Assembly: GCA_048624115.1 (NCBI GenBank)
Contig: JBMCTC010000002.1
Location: 1 to 34,201, forward strand
Reading direction: 5' to 3'
DNA length: 34,201 nucleotides
From: Spirochaetota bacterium
Lineage (GTDB): Bacteria; Spirochaetota; Spirochaetia; DSM-27196; SLST01
The position numbers and the translations under genes are program-made. Under the pieces are notes generated by a model. That model worked only from the letters and a program-made list of their open reading frames with translations. It ran no database searches and was not told the DNA's origin. This document shows, one piece after another, positions 33,559 to 34,201 of the stretch. Numbering within the stretch: position 1 is the stretch's first letter; the number at the start of each line of letters is the position of its first letter.

Positions 33559-34201
33559 TCGCCCGAACCATCGTATTTTTCGTAGGGATTGCCGTGATCG
33601 CGGCTATGATCCTGTTTGTCTCTTTTCAGAACCACCTCTTGATCAATCTGGTTGCGGTGGTCGTGTCGGCCCTTGGAGCTCGAGAGCTCTCGGAGCTCTT
33701 TGCGAGAAAGGAGACAGGATATCAGGCGAGCGTCGTGGTTATCCCGCTGCTCGGGGCGCTGCTGCCGGCCGTTCAGCTCGCGATTTTGAACGGACTTGCC
33801 TCCGACGCTGCGCTTCAAATTGCGATTTACGTCGCGATCTCGTTAGTCCTCGTGGCCCAGGTCTTTCGAAAGAAGGAAGAAGAGTTTGGCCACACGCTCT
33901 CGAACACGGCGGCCAACGTCACCGTGCTTCTTTACCCCGGGTTCTTCCTAACCTACTTCATAAGAATTAGCGAGTTCGAGCACGCCACCGGTCTCATCAT
34001 GCTCTTTCTCGCAATCGCGTTCGCGAATGACACACTCGCATACGTCGCGGGCAGCCTCTTCAAGCTTGTGAAAGTGTATGAAAAGGGAGCCCGGTGGAGA
34101 CCGCGGGTGAGCTTGCCGGTAAGCCCAAACAAGACGCTCGTCGGCTTCCTCTTCGGCTGGCTGGGCTCGGTTGGCGCCGCCGCCATCGCTTCTGCGTTCT
34201 T
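33546..34201 (+). CDS. cdsA: Phosphatidate cytidylyltransferase (5' part; runs off the right edge)
   Basis: Open frame to the window end from GTG 33546, overlapping the uppS stop by 13 nt; it is not in the ORF track. My translation is VRNIVARTIVFFVGIAVIAAMILF..., with several TM segments and the CdsA signature SPNKTLVGFLFGWLGS near the end. Confidence 0.85.
   Translation, partial: MRNIVARTIVFFVGIAVIAAMILFVSFQNHLLINLVAVVVSALGARELSELFARKETGYQASVVVIPLLGALLPAVQLAILNGLASDAALQIAIYVAISLVLVAQVFRKKEEEFGHTLSNTAANVTVLLYPGFFLTYFIRISEFEHATGLIMLFLAIAFANDTLAYVAGSLFKLVKVYEKGARWRPRVSLPVSPNKTLVGFLFGWLGSVGAAAIASAF

Overview
GC-rich, densely coding bacterial chromosomal window with about 36 genes and very little intergenic DNA. 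Gene content and order look spirochaete-like (rny-ymdB-tlyA; DUF4321-maf; rpsB-tsf-frr-uppS-cdsA without pyrH; a GerMN protein), but the lineage is inference only. Left third, minus strand: ptsI, der and a short MerR-like regulator, then an envelope cluster of an exported hypothetical, a ~980-aa TPR protein, a beta-rich exported protein, exbB-exbD-tonB and a HAD hydrolase. Middle: rny-ymdB-tlyA, then the most interesting locus, a tight plus-strand operon. It encodes cysD, cysN fused to a catalytically degenerate APS-kinase-like domain, a threonine-synthase-fold cysteate-synthase-like enzyme, an alpha-oxoamine synthase, and an Fe-S-type APS reductase. No sulfite reductase or cysteine synthase is visible. 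I read this as a self-contained sulfate -> APS -> sulfite -> cysteate -> acylated-cysteate module (capnine-type sulfonolipid or a related sulfonate). That chemistry has so far been described in Bacteroidota. Convergent to it is a second odd co-directional gene string: a Gx-type membrane protein, another membrane protein, kbl, a DUF1295-like membrane enzyme and a tandem-VOC protein. Right third: a translationally coupled PRC-barrel/patatin pair, tRNA-Arg(CCG) with palindromic back-to-back promoters, and housekeeping genes. I saw no CRISPR array, IS element, integrase or prophage signature. All functional calls come from motif recognition by eye in the supplied translations; no database search was possible.
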